Shown: positions 8,093-15,806 of the stretch, piece by piece
How positions within the stretch are numbered: the first letter of the stretch is position 1
Layout of the letters: each line of letters starts with the position of its first letter
Source of the DNA: a virus
Length of the DNA stretch: 33,791 bases
Virus record (IMG/VR): IMGVR_UViG_3300045988_069152
Direction: 5' to 3' (one strand)
Position numbers and translations under genes: made by a program
Notes under the pieces: generated by a model
Told to the model about the DNA's origin: nothing
Databases searched by the model: none
The model's input: only the letters and a program-made list of their open reading frames with translations

Positions 8093-9757
8093 TTATGCCG
8101 CTTCGTTCAATAGTTTCTTGCCTATCTCACTATGATATTTTGAAACCATTGTCATTGCATCAAAGACGGAAACCGCCCCGTCTATCCTCATACGTTTTTC
8201 AATCTTAACGGGCTTCATGCGGCTATCATTCATATTGATTTCCACCGCCACATTAAGAAGATGGGATGCCAATAGGGTATTATCTCCCAGGTTATATTTA
8301 CCGTCTTTTAAATCGCCCTCAAACTGATGTAAGATAGGTGTTAAGTTTGTGCCCTGGTAAACGTCATCCACCTGGAACCCGGCCATTTTAAGGTCATCAA
8401 TCAAATACCCGGCCATGTATCTGTCATAGCCGATTTTTAACGGGCGGATTTTGTAAACCTTTACCAGGTCAATAAACCATTTATACACATCCTTATAGTC
8501 CACCTGGTTTTCCCCGGATATTTCCAAAAATCCTTTTTCCCGGTAAATGTTATATGGCACGTTATCTTCATTCACGGCTATTTCATACCGTTTCTTTGGC
8601 ATATAGAATTTTGTAATAACATTCCATTTTCCGTTTTTCCAAATAACGATTGATGCCGCCGTAAGGTCCGTGGTTCGTGAAAGGTCTATGCCGCCCACAC
8701 AATAACATCCCCGGTACTCTTCCAGGGTAATCTTTATATCCTCGTTTACCGCTTTCATTACATCCCAATAGTCCAACCATGCCACACTGGAATTTTGCTT
8801 GATATTGCAGTATTTTGTCATAAACTCCACTTTCTTTGAAAGGGATGTTTTGGCAATCTCTATTTGCTCTAAGTAAAATTCCTCTGATACGGACACGCCC
8901 AGGTTTGGGTTGCTCTTTTTTAATTCCTCTATTGTGTCCCATGCTTCCAGGTTGTCAATCATGTAAATAAACGGCAAAATCCTGGTTTCTTTTGAATTGC
9001 CTTTGAGGAATGAGGTAGAACGCCGCATAAGTTCATCATAAATTCCATCATTGATGTACCCGGCCGTGGATATTGACATGATAAGCGGCTGCTTTCTTGC
9101 ACCCAGGGCGGAAGTCATAACCTCATACTGTTTTAGTCCCTGGTCCCCCGGCCATGCTTCCATCTCGTCATTGACAACCATTTGAGGGTTGAAACCATCC
9201 GACTTTTTAGAGTTAAACGCAATCTTTTTTACACTGGTGTTAAACTCTTTAATATAAATATCGCTTCGGCGTTTCTTGGTTATGCTTTCCAGTTCGTCAT
9301 CCGCCTGGACAATCTGGTAAAAGGCATCATATACAAGGTCTGCCTGGTCCAGTTTAGGGGCAAGGAAATAAACCTTTGCCCCGTACTCTCCATCTATGTA
9401 AGTCATGTATGCCGCTATGGCTGCGGCAAACAAGGTTTTTCCGTTCTTACGGGCCACCACAATAAAAACTTCTCTGAATTGTCTGTACCCGGTCTTTTTA
9501 TCCATAATGCCAAAAATGGCACTTACTATGGCCTTTTGCCATAGTTCTAATTTCAGTAAATCGTTACGTCCCTCTGAATGGTGGCAAAAGTTTTCTATGA
9601 AGTTGATAGCCTTATTTGCCTTGTCCCCGTCAAAATCCCATTTGCCACTTTTTAAACCATCTACCAGTATTTTGTAAATGGTTCTTATCCATTTTCCAAC
9701 TGTTACGGTGCCATTTTCTATGGCTTCCCAGTATTGGAAAACATAGTTGTTATCCAT
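8093..9757 (-). CDS. terL: Terminase large subunit
   Basis: A 554-aa ORF with a Walker A-like VVARKNGKT and a Walker B/DE-like VVNDEME, followed by a C-terminal nuclease region. The ATG overlaps the TerS stop. Confidence 0.9.
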   Translation of the reverse strand: MDNNYVFQYWEAIENGTVTVGKWIRTIYKILVDGLKSGKWDFDGDKANKAINFIENFCHHSEGRNDLLKLELWQKAIVSAIFGIMDKKTGYRQFREVFIVVARKNGKTLFAAAIAAYMTYIDGEYGAKVYFLAPKLDQADLVYDAFYQIVQADDELESITKKRRSDIYIKEFNTSVKKIAFNSKKSDGFNPQMVVNDEMEAWPGDQGLKQYEVMTSALGARKQPLIMSISTAGYINDGIYDELMRRSTSFLKGNSKETRILPFIYMIDNLEAWDTIEELKKSNPNLGVSVSEEFYLEQIEIAKTSLSKKVEFMTKYCNIKQNSSVAWLDYWDVMKAVNEDIKITLEEYRGCYCVGGIDLSRTTDLTAASIVIWKNGKWNVITKFYMPKKRYEIAVNEDNVPYNIYREKGFLEISGENQVDYKDVYKWFIDLVKVYKIRPLKIGYDRYMAGYLIDDLKMAGFQVDDVYQGTNLTPILHQFEGDLKDGKYNLGDNTLLASHLLNVAVEINMNDSRMKPVKIEKRMRIDGAVSVFDAMTMVSKYHSEIGKKLLNEAA

Positions 9758-10139
9758 TCCGTAACGCTGCCAATCTGCTTATATTTTTCTTTTCTTTCGG
9801 TGGCAAATACTCAATAAGCGTGTGAATAATTGCCGTATATTGGCGTGAATATTTTTCATAAATCGTGGCTGATGGGTGGGCCTTTACAAACTTTTGGGAA
9901 GCGTTGACTGTTTCCGTTGTAAGCCCCTCTTTTTTCAATTCTTCTTTTGCCTGGAAGCAAGCCACTTTTAAAAACGCCGCTTCCTCAACCAATGAATTTA
10001 CAAGGCTTTTCTTGTCCTCGTCATCAATCCCGGCAAACATGGGGGCTAAAAATTCTATCTCTTTTTTTATCCTGGCATTTGTCAGTTTATTTATTCTTTT
10101 GGGTGCTTTCTTCCCATTACTTTTTTCATTTTCTGCCAT
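9750..10139 (-). CDS. terS: Terminase small subunit (P27-like)
   Basis: A 129-aa basic/helical protein immediately between HNH and TerL. Confidence 0.65.
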   Translation of the reverse strand: MAENEKSNGKKAPKRINKLTNARIKKEIEFLAPMFAGIDDEDKKSLVNSLVEEAAFLKVACFQAKEELKKEGLTTETVNASQKFVKAHPSATIYEKYSRQYTAIIHTLIEYLPPKEKKNISRLAALRNG

Positions 10140-10151
10140 ATTCTACCCCCC

Positions 10152-10553
10152 TCATATGCGTGCGACCTTGCAGAGTTTTTTTGGGGTATCTCCCTCGGTT
10201 CTTTCGACCCCTCTCAAAATCTGCCCACCGGGGGGTGGTGTCTGCTGCACCATTTCTTTTGGCGGTAATAATTTTCCGTCACTATCAAAACGGTAACGGG
10301 TGTTAGGCTTTGCCTTATGCTCTTTGTTGTGGCAATCCTCGCAAAGGTATTCCAGGTTTGCCGGGTCCAGTGTCACGCTTGCATCATGCACATTGTTTGG
10401 TGTGATGTATTCTTTGTGGTGGACAATCACACCGGGAACATAAAGCCCGGCCGCCTTGCACCGCTCACACAAACCATTTGCCCGTTTAATAACTGTCTGC
10501 CTGGTTCTCTTCCATGCTGCTGATTGATAGAAACCTTTTGCATATTCTTTCAA
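10152..10553 (-). CDS. HNH endonuclease (terminase-associated)
   Basis: The motif C..C...HH....N...LCEDCHNKEH (GLCERCKAAG...VHHKEYITPNN...LCEDCHNKEHK) is present. The start is TTG. HNH-TerS-TerL synteny is typical of cos-type HK97-like phages. Confidence 0.85.
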   Translation of the reverse strand: MKEYAKGFYQSAAWKRTRQTVIKRANGLCERCKAAGLYVPGVIVHHKEYITPNNVHDASVTLDPANLEYLCEDCHNKEHKAKPNTRYRFDSDGKLLPPKEMVQQTPPPGGQILRGVERTEGDTPKKLCKVARI

Positions 10554-10615
10554 CTGCTGCCACCGTCCTTTCTTTCATGCTCAAAGGCTTATGAGTGCAT
10601 CCCACCCATAAGCCC

Positions 10616-10648
10616 ATGTTAATATAAATCACTGCTACATTCTGACCC
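10616..10648 (-). promoter_or_regulatory. Conserved box copy 2: GGGTCAGAATGTAGCA-N11-TAACAT upstream of HNH/terminase
   Basis: Same 10-mer and same spacing to a TAnnAT hexamer as copies 1 and 3. It lies in the 123-nt gap just after the putative late regulator. Confidence 0.4.
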
Positions 10649-10676
10649 ATTTACTTTGTGTCCTGCTGCCGCCTGG

Positions 10677-10901
10677 CTACTTCTGCACAATAGGGATAAA
10701 TTGAAACGTCCACGCTTCATCATGGATTGAAATAATATTGCCGTCCTCGTTGATTGCCAGTATATCAATAAACTTCGGTTTCAAAACTATGTCCCTTTTA
10801 TCCCAGTCCACATTCTCCGGCATATGCACGTCCATCAGTGCTATTGCATTAAATACCTTGTCCCCATGCACTACTTTAAATCTGCTTAAATCAATTCCCA
10901 T
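10677..10901 (-). CDS. Hypothetical protein (74 aa from ATG 10901)
   Basis: ORF track 10677..10946. The internal ATG at 10901 gives only an 11-nt overlap with the upstream gene. Confidence 0.45.
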   Translation of the reverse strand: MGIDLSRFKVVHGDKVFNAIALMDVHMPENVDWDKRDIVLKPKFIDILAINEDGNIISIHDEAWTFQFIPIVQK

Positions 10902-11244
10902 GTTCTTTTCCTTTCTGCTCCGGCAACATATCCATTGCCTGGGCAACCAGTGTTATAAACTCCGTGCGGTACTCATAGAATTGGCGGCGGCCACACAAGG
11001 CATCTGCTATGTACTCATAAGGCGTGTTATATACAATGCTCTTATAAATCTTCTCCTGCATCTGCCGCCGTGCCCGGATGCTCTCGATATTCCCACATGA
11101 ATTACACAAGGCATCATTGACGATAGCGGCTGCCTTAATATCAAAGGCACTGGCTTTCTTTGTCTTTATTCTCTTTTTCCGCTTCTCATTGCCTTGTATA
11201 ATACTTCTGGCTATGGTCTTAATATCTGCATCCATTTTGTCCAA
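10891..11244 (-). CDS. Putative late-gene transcriptional activator (RinA/ArpU/sigma region-4-like)
   Basis: A 117-aa protein with a basic N-terminal half and a C-terminal helix-turn-helix-like YIADALCGRRQFYEYRTEFITLVAQAM. It sits just upstream of the packaging module, where such regulators usually lie. This is positional inference. Confidence 0.35.
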   Translation of the reverse strand: MDKMDADIKTIARSIIQGNEKRKKRIKTKKASAFDIKAAAIVNDALCNSCGNIESIRARRQMQEKIYKSIVYNTPYEYIADALCGRRQFYEYRTEFITLVAQAMDMLPEQKGKEHGN

Positions 11245-11261
11245 TCTACTGCCGCCCCCCC

Positions 11262-11681
11262 CTATTCTTCATAGGTTTTCTTTGATGTTTCCGTGCGTTC
11301 TACCTTGATACTCTCTTTTGCCATCTTGGAAACCTTTGCCCTTACGCCCTGCCCAACGTCAATGGTAACGCCTTTCATATGCCGGGCTTCTATGGCATCC
11401 ACAACGTCAAGCATGATAGTAACCACGTCCTGGTCTATGGGTCTTTCCGCATTACTGCCAAATAATTCCGTAATACGGTTCTTTGCCTTTTGCACACGCT
11501 CTTTACTTTCTGCATACTTCTTGGCTTCGTCACATTCGCACCTACACGTTGCCGCTTCGTTTACCTCTTCCTGGCTCCATGTTTCCGGTGCGTAAATAAT
11601 CCCGGACTGTCCGCAAAATTTACAATATCCCGTTTGTGTTTTGGTTCCCTCTGCCACTTCCTGGCCGCCGTCCTGCTCCAT
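11262..11681 (-). CDS. Hypothetical Cys-containing protein (CKFCG...CRCEC)
   Basis: A 139-aa ORF. A strong-RBS ATG at 11734 in another frame could supply an N-terminal extension (see findings). Confidence 0.5.
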   Translation of the reverse strand: MEQDGGQEVAEGTKTQTGYCKFCGQSGIIYAPETWSQEEVNEAATCRCECDEAKKYAESKERVQKAKNRITELFGSNAERPIDQDVVTIMLDVVDAIEARHMKGVTIDVGQGVRAKVSKMAKESIKVERTETSKKTYEE

Positions 11682-11737
11682 TTCTCTTAAATCCTCTTCT
11701 GGTATCTCATGGCCGCCGTCTGTTTTTTCTCCATGTC

Positions 11738-12476
11738 CTATTCTCCTTTCGCTCTTTTATAAGCATCCATGGCAACTGTAAGCACTGCTGCCGATTGCTC
11801 CACGGTCAATGCCTGGCCCTTTACCAACCATGCCAGGTTTTTGTTTATGGTTTCCAACGTATCTTCCAGGGTAGTTCCCGGAAGCGGATGCCCTGCCGAT
11901 AACTCCATAATTGCCTTTACTATTGGCCGCCTATATTCTCCCGGTACTGCTGCCATGGCGGATTTTATGACGGCTTCCGCTCTGGTTGCCGTGTGGTTCT
12001 TACATTCCTGGCATAGACTTTGGCTGAACATCCGGCCCATGTATGGCACGCCATCACACTGTCCGTCAATCCATGGTGCCGCAAGGCATTTGTTAAGCGG
12101 CATCTTGCCCGGCTCCTGCAAATATTCCAGGATAGCCGCCACCGCTTCGTCTGCTGAATAACATACCGCCGTTTTATATCCCTGCTGCCGCAATGCCGCC
12201 ATAAACTCCTTTTGGTCTTTGGTTGGCGTATTCTTCCCGTATTTCATTTCCAGGTAAAGGCCATGGAAATTGTGACTTGCAACGGGCAGCACTACATCCG
12301 GCACGCCCGTTTTTAACCCCATTGCCTTTAATACCGCCCCCATTTGTCCGCTTGCCCTCGTTTGGGACGTGGTACATGAGGGAAAGGCACGGTAACACAT
12401 GGGCGTTGCGTTCCGCCCATTTAAAAAGGCTTATCTGCTCCGTGGTTTCCCCTCTCTTCATGTTCTTTAAATTCAT
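11738..12476 (-). pseudogene. VRR-NUC nuclease domain protein, reading frame broken at a G5 run (plus-strand C5 at 12337..12341)
   Basis: ORF 12174..12476 carries the N-terminal half (EQISLFKWAERNAHVLPCLSLMYHVPNEGKRT). ORF 11738..12400 in the +1 frame carries the rest (AVLKAMGLKTGVPDVVLPV...GLYLEMKYGKNTPTKDQKEFMAALRQQGYKTAVCYSADEA). Removing one G restores ...KRTNGAVLKAMGLKTGVPD... Confidence 0.7.
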
Positions 12477-12487
12477 GTTTCATTCTC

Positions 12488-13411
12488 CTATTCTTCCTCA
12501 ATGTCATATTCCCGTTTACGCCGCTTGCAATCTTCCAACATGGCTTCCAAAATTCCCACTTCCTCGTCATTTAACCAGGTATAATATTTTTCAAGCATTT
12601 TTAAGGCGTGCAATTTCCTGGCATTGGCCTTTTCCTCTTCGGTTGTGTCGGTATCTGACACATTGGCTTCCCTGGTTTCATCTGCTAACGTCTTGCGGTG
12701 CTTTTTCTTTTCTTCGGTCATGGTCTTTATTTCCTCGGCACCCAGTCCGCCCTTATCCTCTGCCGCCTGGGCAATTTCTTTTTGGGTGTCCTTGTCCGCC
12801 TTGGCTGCTTCCACGGCCGCCGTAATTCCTAAATTACCTTTCTGGAATTGCTCTTTTACTTCCGGCGTGGCGTTATCGCTTATGGTGTTTAGGGTTCTGA
12901 TTTTCGGCACTGTTTCCCCCATTACTGCTGCCACATAGTCCCGGACCCTCTGCCCGGCTTCCAGAATAAGCAACCCCTCTTTTCTCGCCTGGGTCAATAC
13001 TTCTTTCCAGTCTGCCGCCTGGGTCATAAGGTCATAGTCTGTCATTTTGCGGTTAAAGGTATTACCTACCAAAAGGGAAATTCTAAATTCAATTTCCGTC
13101 ATGTCTTTATAACGGCACGGTATATTTTCAAATTCTGTTTTCCCCTCTGCCACCAACATTTTGATTGCCGCAAGTCTGCGGTGGCCGGAATGTAACCAAT
13201 ATTCCCCGTTTACCCGTCCTAATACAAGCGGCTCCTGCAATCCATCCATGGAAATGCCCGTTGCCAGGTCATCCAGTCCGTCCATACTGTACTTGTTGTG
13301 TTTTGTAACCACAATGTCCTGGTAATTCAATGTGATTTCCTGGTAATCTTTGTTTTTCCCTACTTCCGCCATGGTGGCGGCGTTCATAATGTCTAAAATA
13401 TTAAATCCCAT
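12488..13411 (-). CDS. parB: ParB-like partition / nuclease-domain protein
   Basis: The ParB N-terminal box GLQEPLVLGRVNGEYWLHSGHRRLAAIKML is present. ATG 13411 has the RBS AAAGGAG 9 nt upstream. It lies directly after parA. Confidence 0.8.
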   Translation of the reverse strand: MGFNILDIMNAATMAEVGKNKDYQEITLNYQDIVVTKHNKYSMDGLDDLATGISMDGLQEPLVLGRVNGEYWLHSGHRRLAAIKMLVAEGKTEFENIPCRYKDMTEIEFRISLLVGNTFNRKMTDYDLMTQAADWKEVLTQARKEGLLILEAGQRVRDYVAAVMGETVPKIRTLNTISDNATPEVKEQFQKGNLGITAAVEAAKADKDTQKEIAQAAEDKGGLGAEEIKTMTEEKKKHRKTLADETREANVSDTDTTEEEKANARKLHALKMLEKYYTWLNDEEVGILEAMLEDCKRRKREYDIEEE

Positions 13412-13415
13412 GCTT

Positions 13416-14219
13416 TCAACTCCTTTCCCCTGCTGCCAGGCGTCCAAATTTCTGCACATATTCCGCCACAAAGGCTTTATAGTCCTGGGCGGCTCCGCTG
13501 CGGATGCTATAATGCAACGGGGTTTGACGGTAAAACGTGGCATCCTTGGTCTTTTTGGAATGTCTGATTTTCTGCTTGAATACTGGGCAACTTCCCTTTG
13601 TCCTTAACCACATTTCCGCCGCTTCGCTTGTGTCCGTTCTCTCATAATCTGCAATAAGGCATCCGGCAAGCCTGGCCTTGGGGTTTAATGCCCGTATTTG
13701 GTTTATCTGCTCCACCAACTCTTCCAGGCCGTCCAGGGAATAGGCATCTAAGCACACGGGTATGATGATTTCATCCGTTGCCACCATTGCATTTATAACA
13801 TTCATCCCCAAATCCGGCGGATTGTCTATAATGCAATAATCATATTGCCCGGCAACCTCTTCCAGGGCGTGCTTGTATCGGTCATGTTGGGCACGGTTCT
13901 TTTCTGCCTTAATCTCTAATTCCGCCAACTCCATGAAGTAATTGCACGGTATAATGTCCAGGTTCTTTTCCCTGGTGTCCCGGATATTTCCGACAATCCG
14001 CCCGGTCTTAATTATCCGGCACGCTTCGGCTTCCTCTTCCCGGCGGTACGCTTCAAACAAACGGGATGCGTTGCCCTGCTTGTCATTGTCAAATAATAAA
14101 ACCCTGCTGCCAGGCCGCTTTCTCCGCTTGTCCCCCTCTGCCAATAACTCCGCCATAGAAACGGCGGTGGTGGTTTTGGCAACGCCACCCTTTAGGTTAA
14201 TGATTGAAATAACTTTCAT
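13416..14219 (-). CDS. parA: ParA/Soj-family partition ATPase
   Basis: A deviant Walker A (KGGVAKTTTAV) follows directly after MKVISIINL, and a Walker B (CIIDNPPD) is present. ATG 14219 has the RBS GAAAGGAGC; the longer track ORF starts at 14243. Confidence 0.9.
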   Translation of the reverse strand: MKVISIINLKGGVAKTTTAVSMAELLAEGDKRRKRPGSRVLLFDNDKQGNASRLFEAYRREEEAEACRIIKTGRIVGNIRDTREKNLDIIPCNYFMELAELEIKAEKNRAQHDRYKHALEEVAGQYDYCIIDNPPDLGMNVINAMVATDEIIIPVCLDAYSLDGLEELVEQINQIRALNPKARLAGCLIADYERTDTSEAAEMWLRTKGSCPVFKQKIRHSKKTKDATFYRQTPLHYSIRSGAAQDYKAFVAEYVQKFGRLAAGERS

Positions 14220-14239
14220 GTGTGTTATGCTCCTTTCGC

Positions 14240-15112
14240 TCAATTCCGCACCATACGGGCGTATATGTAAAATGCCGCATTGATACCGTTGTATTTAACC
14301 TCTGCATCCAGGTATCTAAATCCTGGGTAAGCCTTTTCCAACTGTTCTTTCAAAACTTCGTTATCCTTTGCCATGCGTTCCACTTTGCTTTTTTTGAATT
14401 TTGAATAACTGCGTGTAGGTTCCGGCGGCTTTTTAAGGTTTTTGGATGGACACCACCGTTTTGTCCCGTGTGGGTTCTGTGTTATGTAGGTTGCAAGGCC
14501 AGTAATCAGAAAATCGTCATCCGGCTTAATGCGGCGTGTGTTTGGACGGTCACATTTTCCCCATAATTCCTCTAACTCGTCACGGTCCACACCGTCCCCG
14601 GATAACAGAATGTGAAAATGGGGACGTTTGTACCCGTCAAAAGCCAGGATGTAAATATACTTGGCATTTTCAAGCCCTGCCTTTTTCCGGCGGCGGTTGA
14701 TGCGTTTAATAAAATTCGTTATGTCTTTCTTTGCCCGGTCCACATCATCCGGCAAACAGTCATCATTCCACCCAAACGTGGCCCAAATATCCCCTTTTCC
14801 AAAATTGATATTGGCAAGGCGTATTAAATACCGTCTTGCGTTTTTCTCGTTAAGGTTTTTCTGTGACGGCCTGGTTTCTCTTTTCTGTTTCGTCACTGGC
14901 ATATTGCTTTTATCTTTAAAGGACGGGTACACCTGGGCTTCTAATAGTGTGGTGCCGCTTTTGATGTTTGTTGACTTCGTGGTGGTAGTCCTATAAAGGC
15001 ACTCCACCTTTCCGTCTTTCATCAACCGTTCCAATTCCCATTCCTCTAAGTTCTCAATCTGTTTTTGGTATGCTTCCTCATAATCGTAGTCATCATAATG
15101 CCTTTTTCTCAT
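14240..15112 (-). CDS. rep: HUH-type rolling-circle replication initiator-like protein (putative Rep)
   Basis: Three motifs are seen: a motif-1-like IWATFGW, the HUH motif RPHFHILLSG, and a Tyr motif GLATYITQN. The order and spacing resemble pC194/phiX-type Rep proteins. This is motif-level recognition only. Confidence 0.55.
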   Translation of the reverse strand: MRKRHYDDYDYEEAYQKQIENLEEWELERLMKDGKVECLYRTTTTKSTNIKSGTTLLEAQVYPSFKDKSNMPVTKQKRETRPSQKNLNEKNARRYLIRLANINFGKGDIWATFGWNDDCLPDDVDRAKKDITNFIKRINRRRKKAGLENAKYIYILAFDGYKRPHFHILLSGDGVDRDELEELWGKCDRPNTRRIKPDDDFLITGLATYITQNPHGTKRWCPSKNLKKPPEPTRSYSKFKKSKVERMAKDNEVLKEQLEKAYPGFRYLDAEVKYNGINAAFYIYARMVRN

Positions 15113-15172
15113 AGTTCCCCACCTTTATGTAAAACGCCCCTTACCCTGCTGCCAGGGTGCCTTTATCTATTG

Positions 15173-15197
15173 CCTATATATCAAAATAAAATATAGG
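15173..15197. promoter_or_regulatory. Candidate double-strand origin hairpin (7-bp stem CCTATAT/ATATAGG, 11-nt loop; minus-strand loop TTTATTTTGAT)
   Basis: A perfect inverted repeat lies 61 nt upstream of the rep ATG. The minus strand reads TTTGATATA across the loop/stem junction, close to the CTTGATA nick core of pC194/phiX-type origins. Confidence 0.3.
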
Positions 15198-15255
15198 TGT
15201 CTGATATGCTAATACCCATTACAAGGACGGGGAAGTGCTTCCGCTTCATTAAATT

Positions 15256-15366
15256 TCAATCAAAAAGCCAGTCTATTGCCATTTTGACAACTGCAAAACC
15301 TAAAACGGCCAGGCCGCCCAAAATCAGCATTGCCGCCGCTGCCACTCCAATAATTATGTAGAACAT
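15256..15366 (-). CDS. Small hydrophobic peptide, 36 aa (MFYIIIGVAAAAMLILGGLAVLGFAVVKMAIDWLFD)
   Basis: Below the ORF-track size cutoff. The ATG has the RBS AAGGTGGA about 9 nt upstream, and the peptide has a single predicted TM helix. Confidence 0.4.
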   Translation of the reverse strand: MFYIIIGVAAAAMLILGGLAVLGFAVVKMAIDWLFD

Positions 15367-15398
15367 AACCTTTTTCCACCTTTCTTTTCTATATATAG

Positions 15399-15505
15399 TT
15401 GAAAGTGCTTTTATTTTTCTATATGTTGTGCTATACTGACTTTGTTAGTTCCAACCCGGTTGTTTTGGTTCCCCACCTTGCAACCGGGTTTCGCTTTTTC
15501 TTTTT
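15399..15505 (+). ncRNA. Candidate plus-strand small RNA (possible countertranscript): promoter-like hexamers, 10-bp hairpin, U-tract
   Basis: TTGAAA (15399..15404), a 17-nt spacer, then TATGTT (15422..15427). An extended -10, TGcTATACT, lies at 15429..15437. The hairpin AACCCGGTTG (15453..15462) / CAACCGGGTT (15481..15490) is followed by TCGCTTTTTCTTTTT. Confidence 0.3.
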
Positions 15506-15806
15506 ACGCTTCCGGCAATTCTCCAAACATTTTTTCGTAAATGTCCGTTGCGTATCTCATTAAAAGGCTCTTTGCTTCCTCTTCCTGGATGGCTTCCCCG
15601 TACTCCGTGCTATAATCTTCCTCATGGGTTAAAAGCCAATTTCCTTTTGCCGATTTCCATAACTCGCACGGATATGTCCGGCCAACTTCTTTTCCCTGGT
15701 ATATGGAACGTAATACAAAACTATTTATCGGATACCACTTTTTAACCTCTGCCACCTTTTCCATCTTCTCGGTGTTATACTTCATGCCCTTAATTACAAA
15801 TTCCAT
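15504..15806 (-). CDS. Hypothetical protein (100 aa from ATG 15806)
   Basis: Track ORF 15504..15836. ATG 15806 has the SD GCGAGGAAGAAA, while ATG 15836 has none. Confidence 0.5.
   Translation of the reverse strand: MEFVIKGMKYNTEKMEKVAEVKKWYPINSFVLRSIYQGKEVGRTYPCELWKSAKGNWLLTHEEDYSTEYGEAIQEEEAKSLLMRYATDIYEKMFGELPEA

Noticed and set aside
9865-14283. Long plus-strand ORFs, for example 9865..10296, 10738..11100, 11769..12161, 12223..12825, 12624..12938 and 13942..14283
   Set aside because: Each is fully antisense to a recognisable minus-strand gene (TerS, regulator, VRR-NUC, ParB, ParA). Their composition is biased, and no start context supports them.
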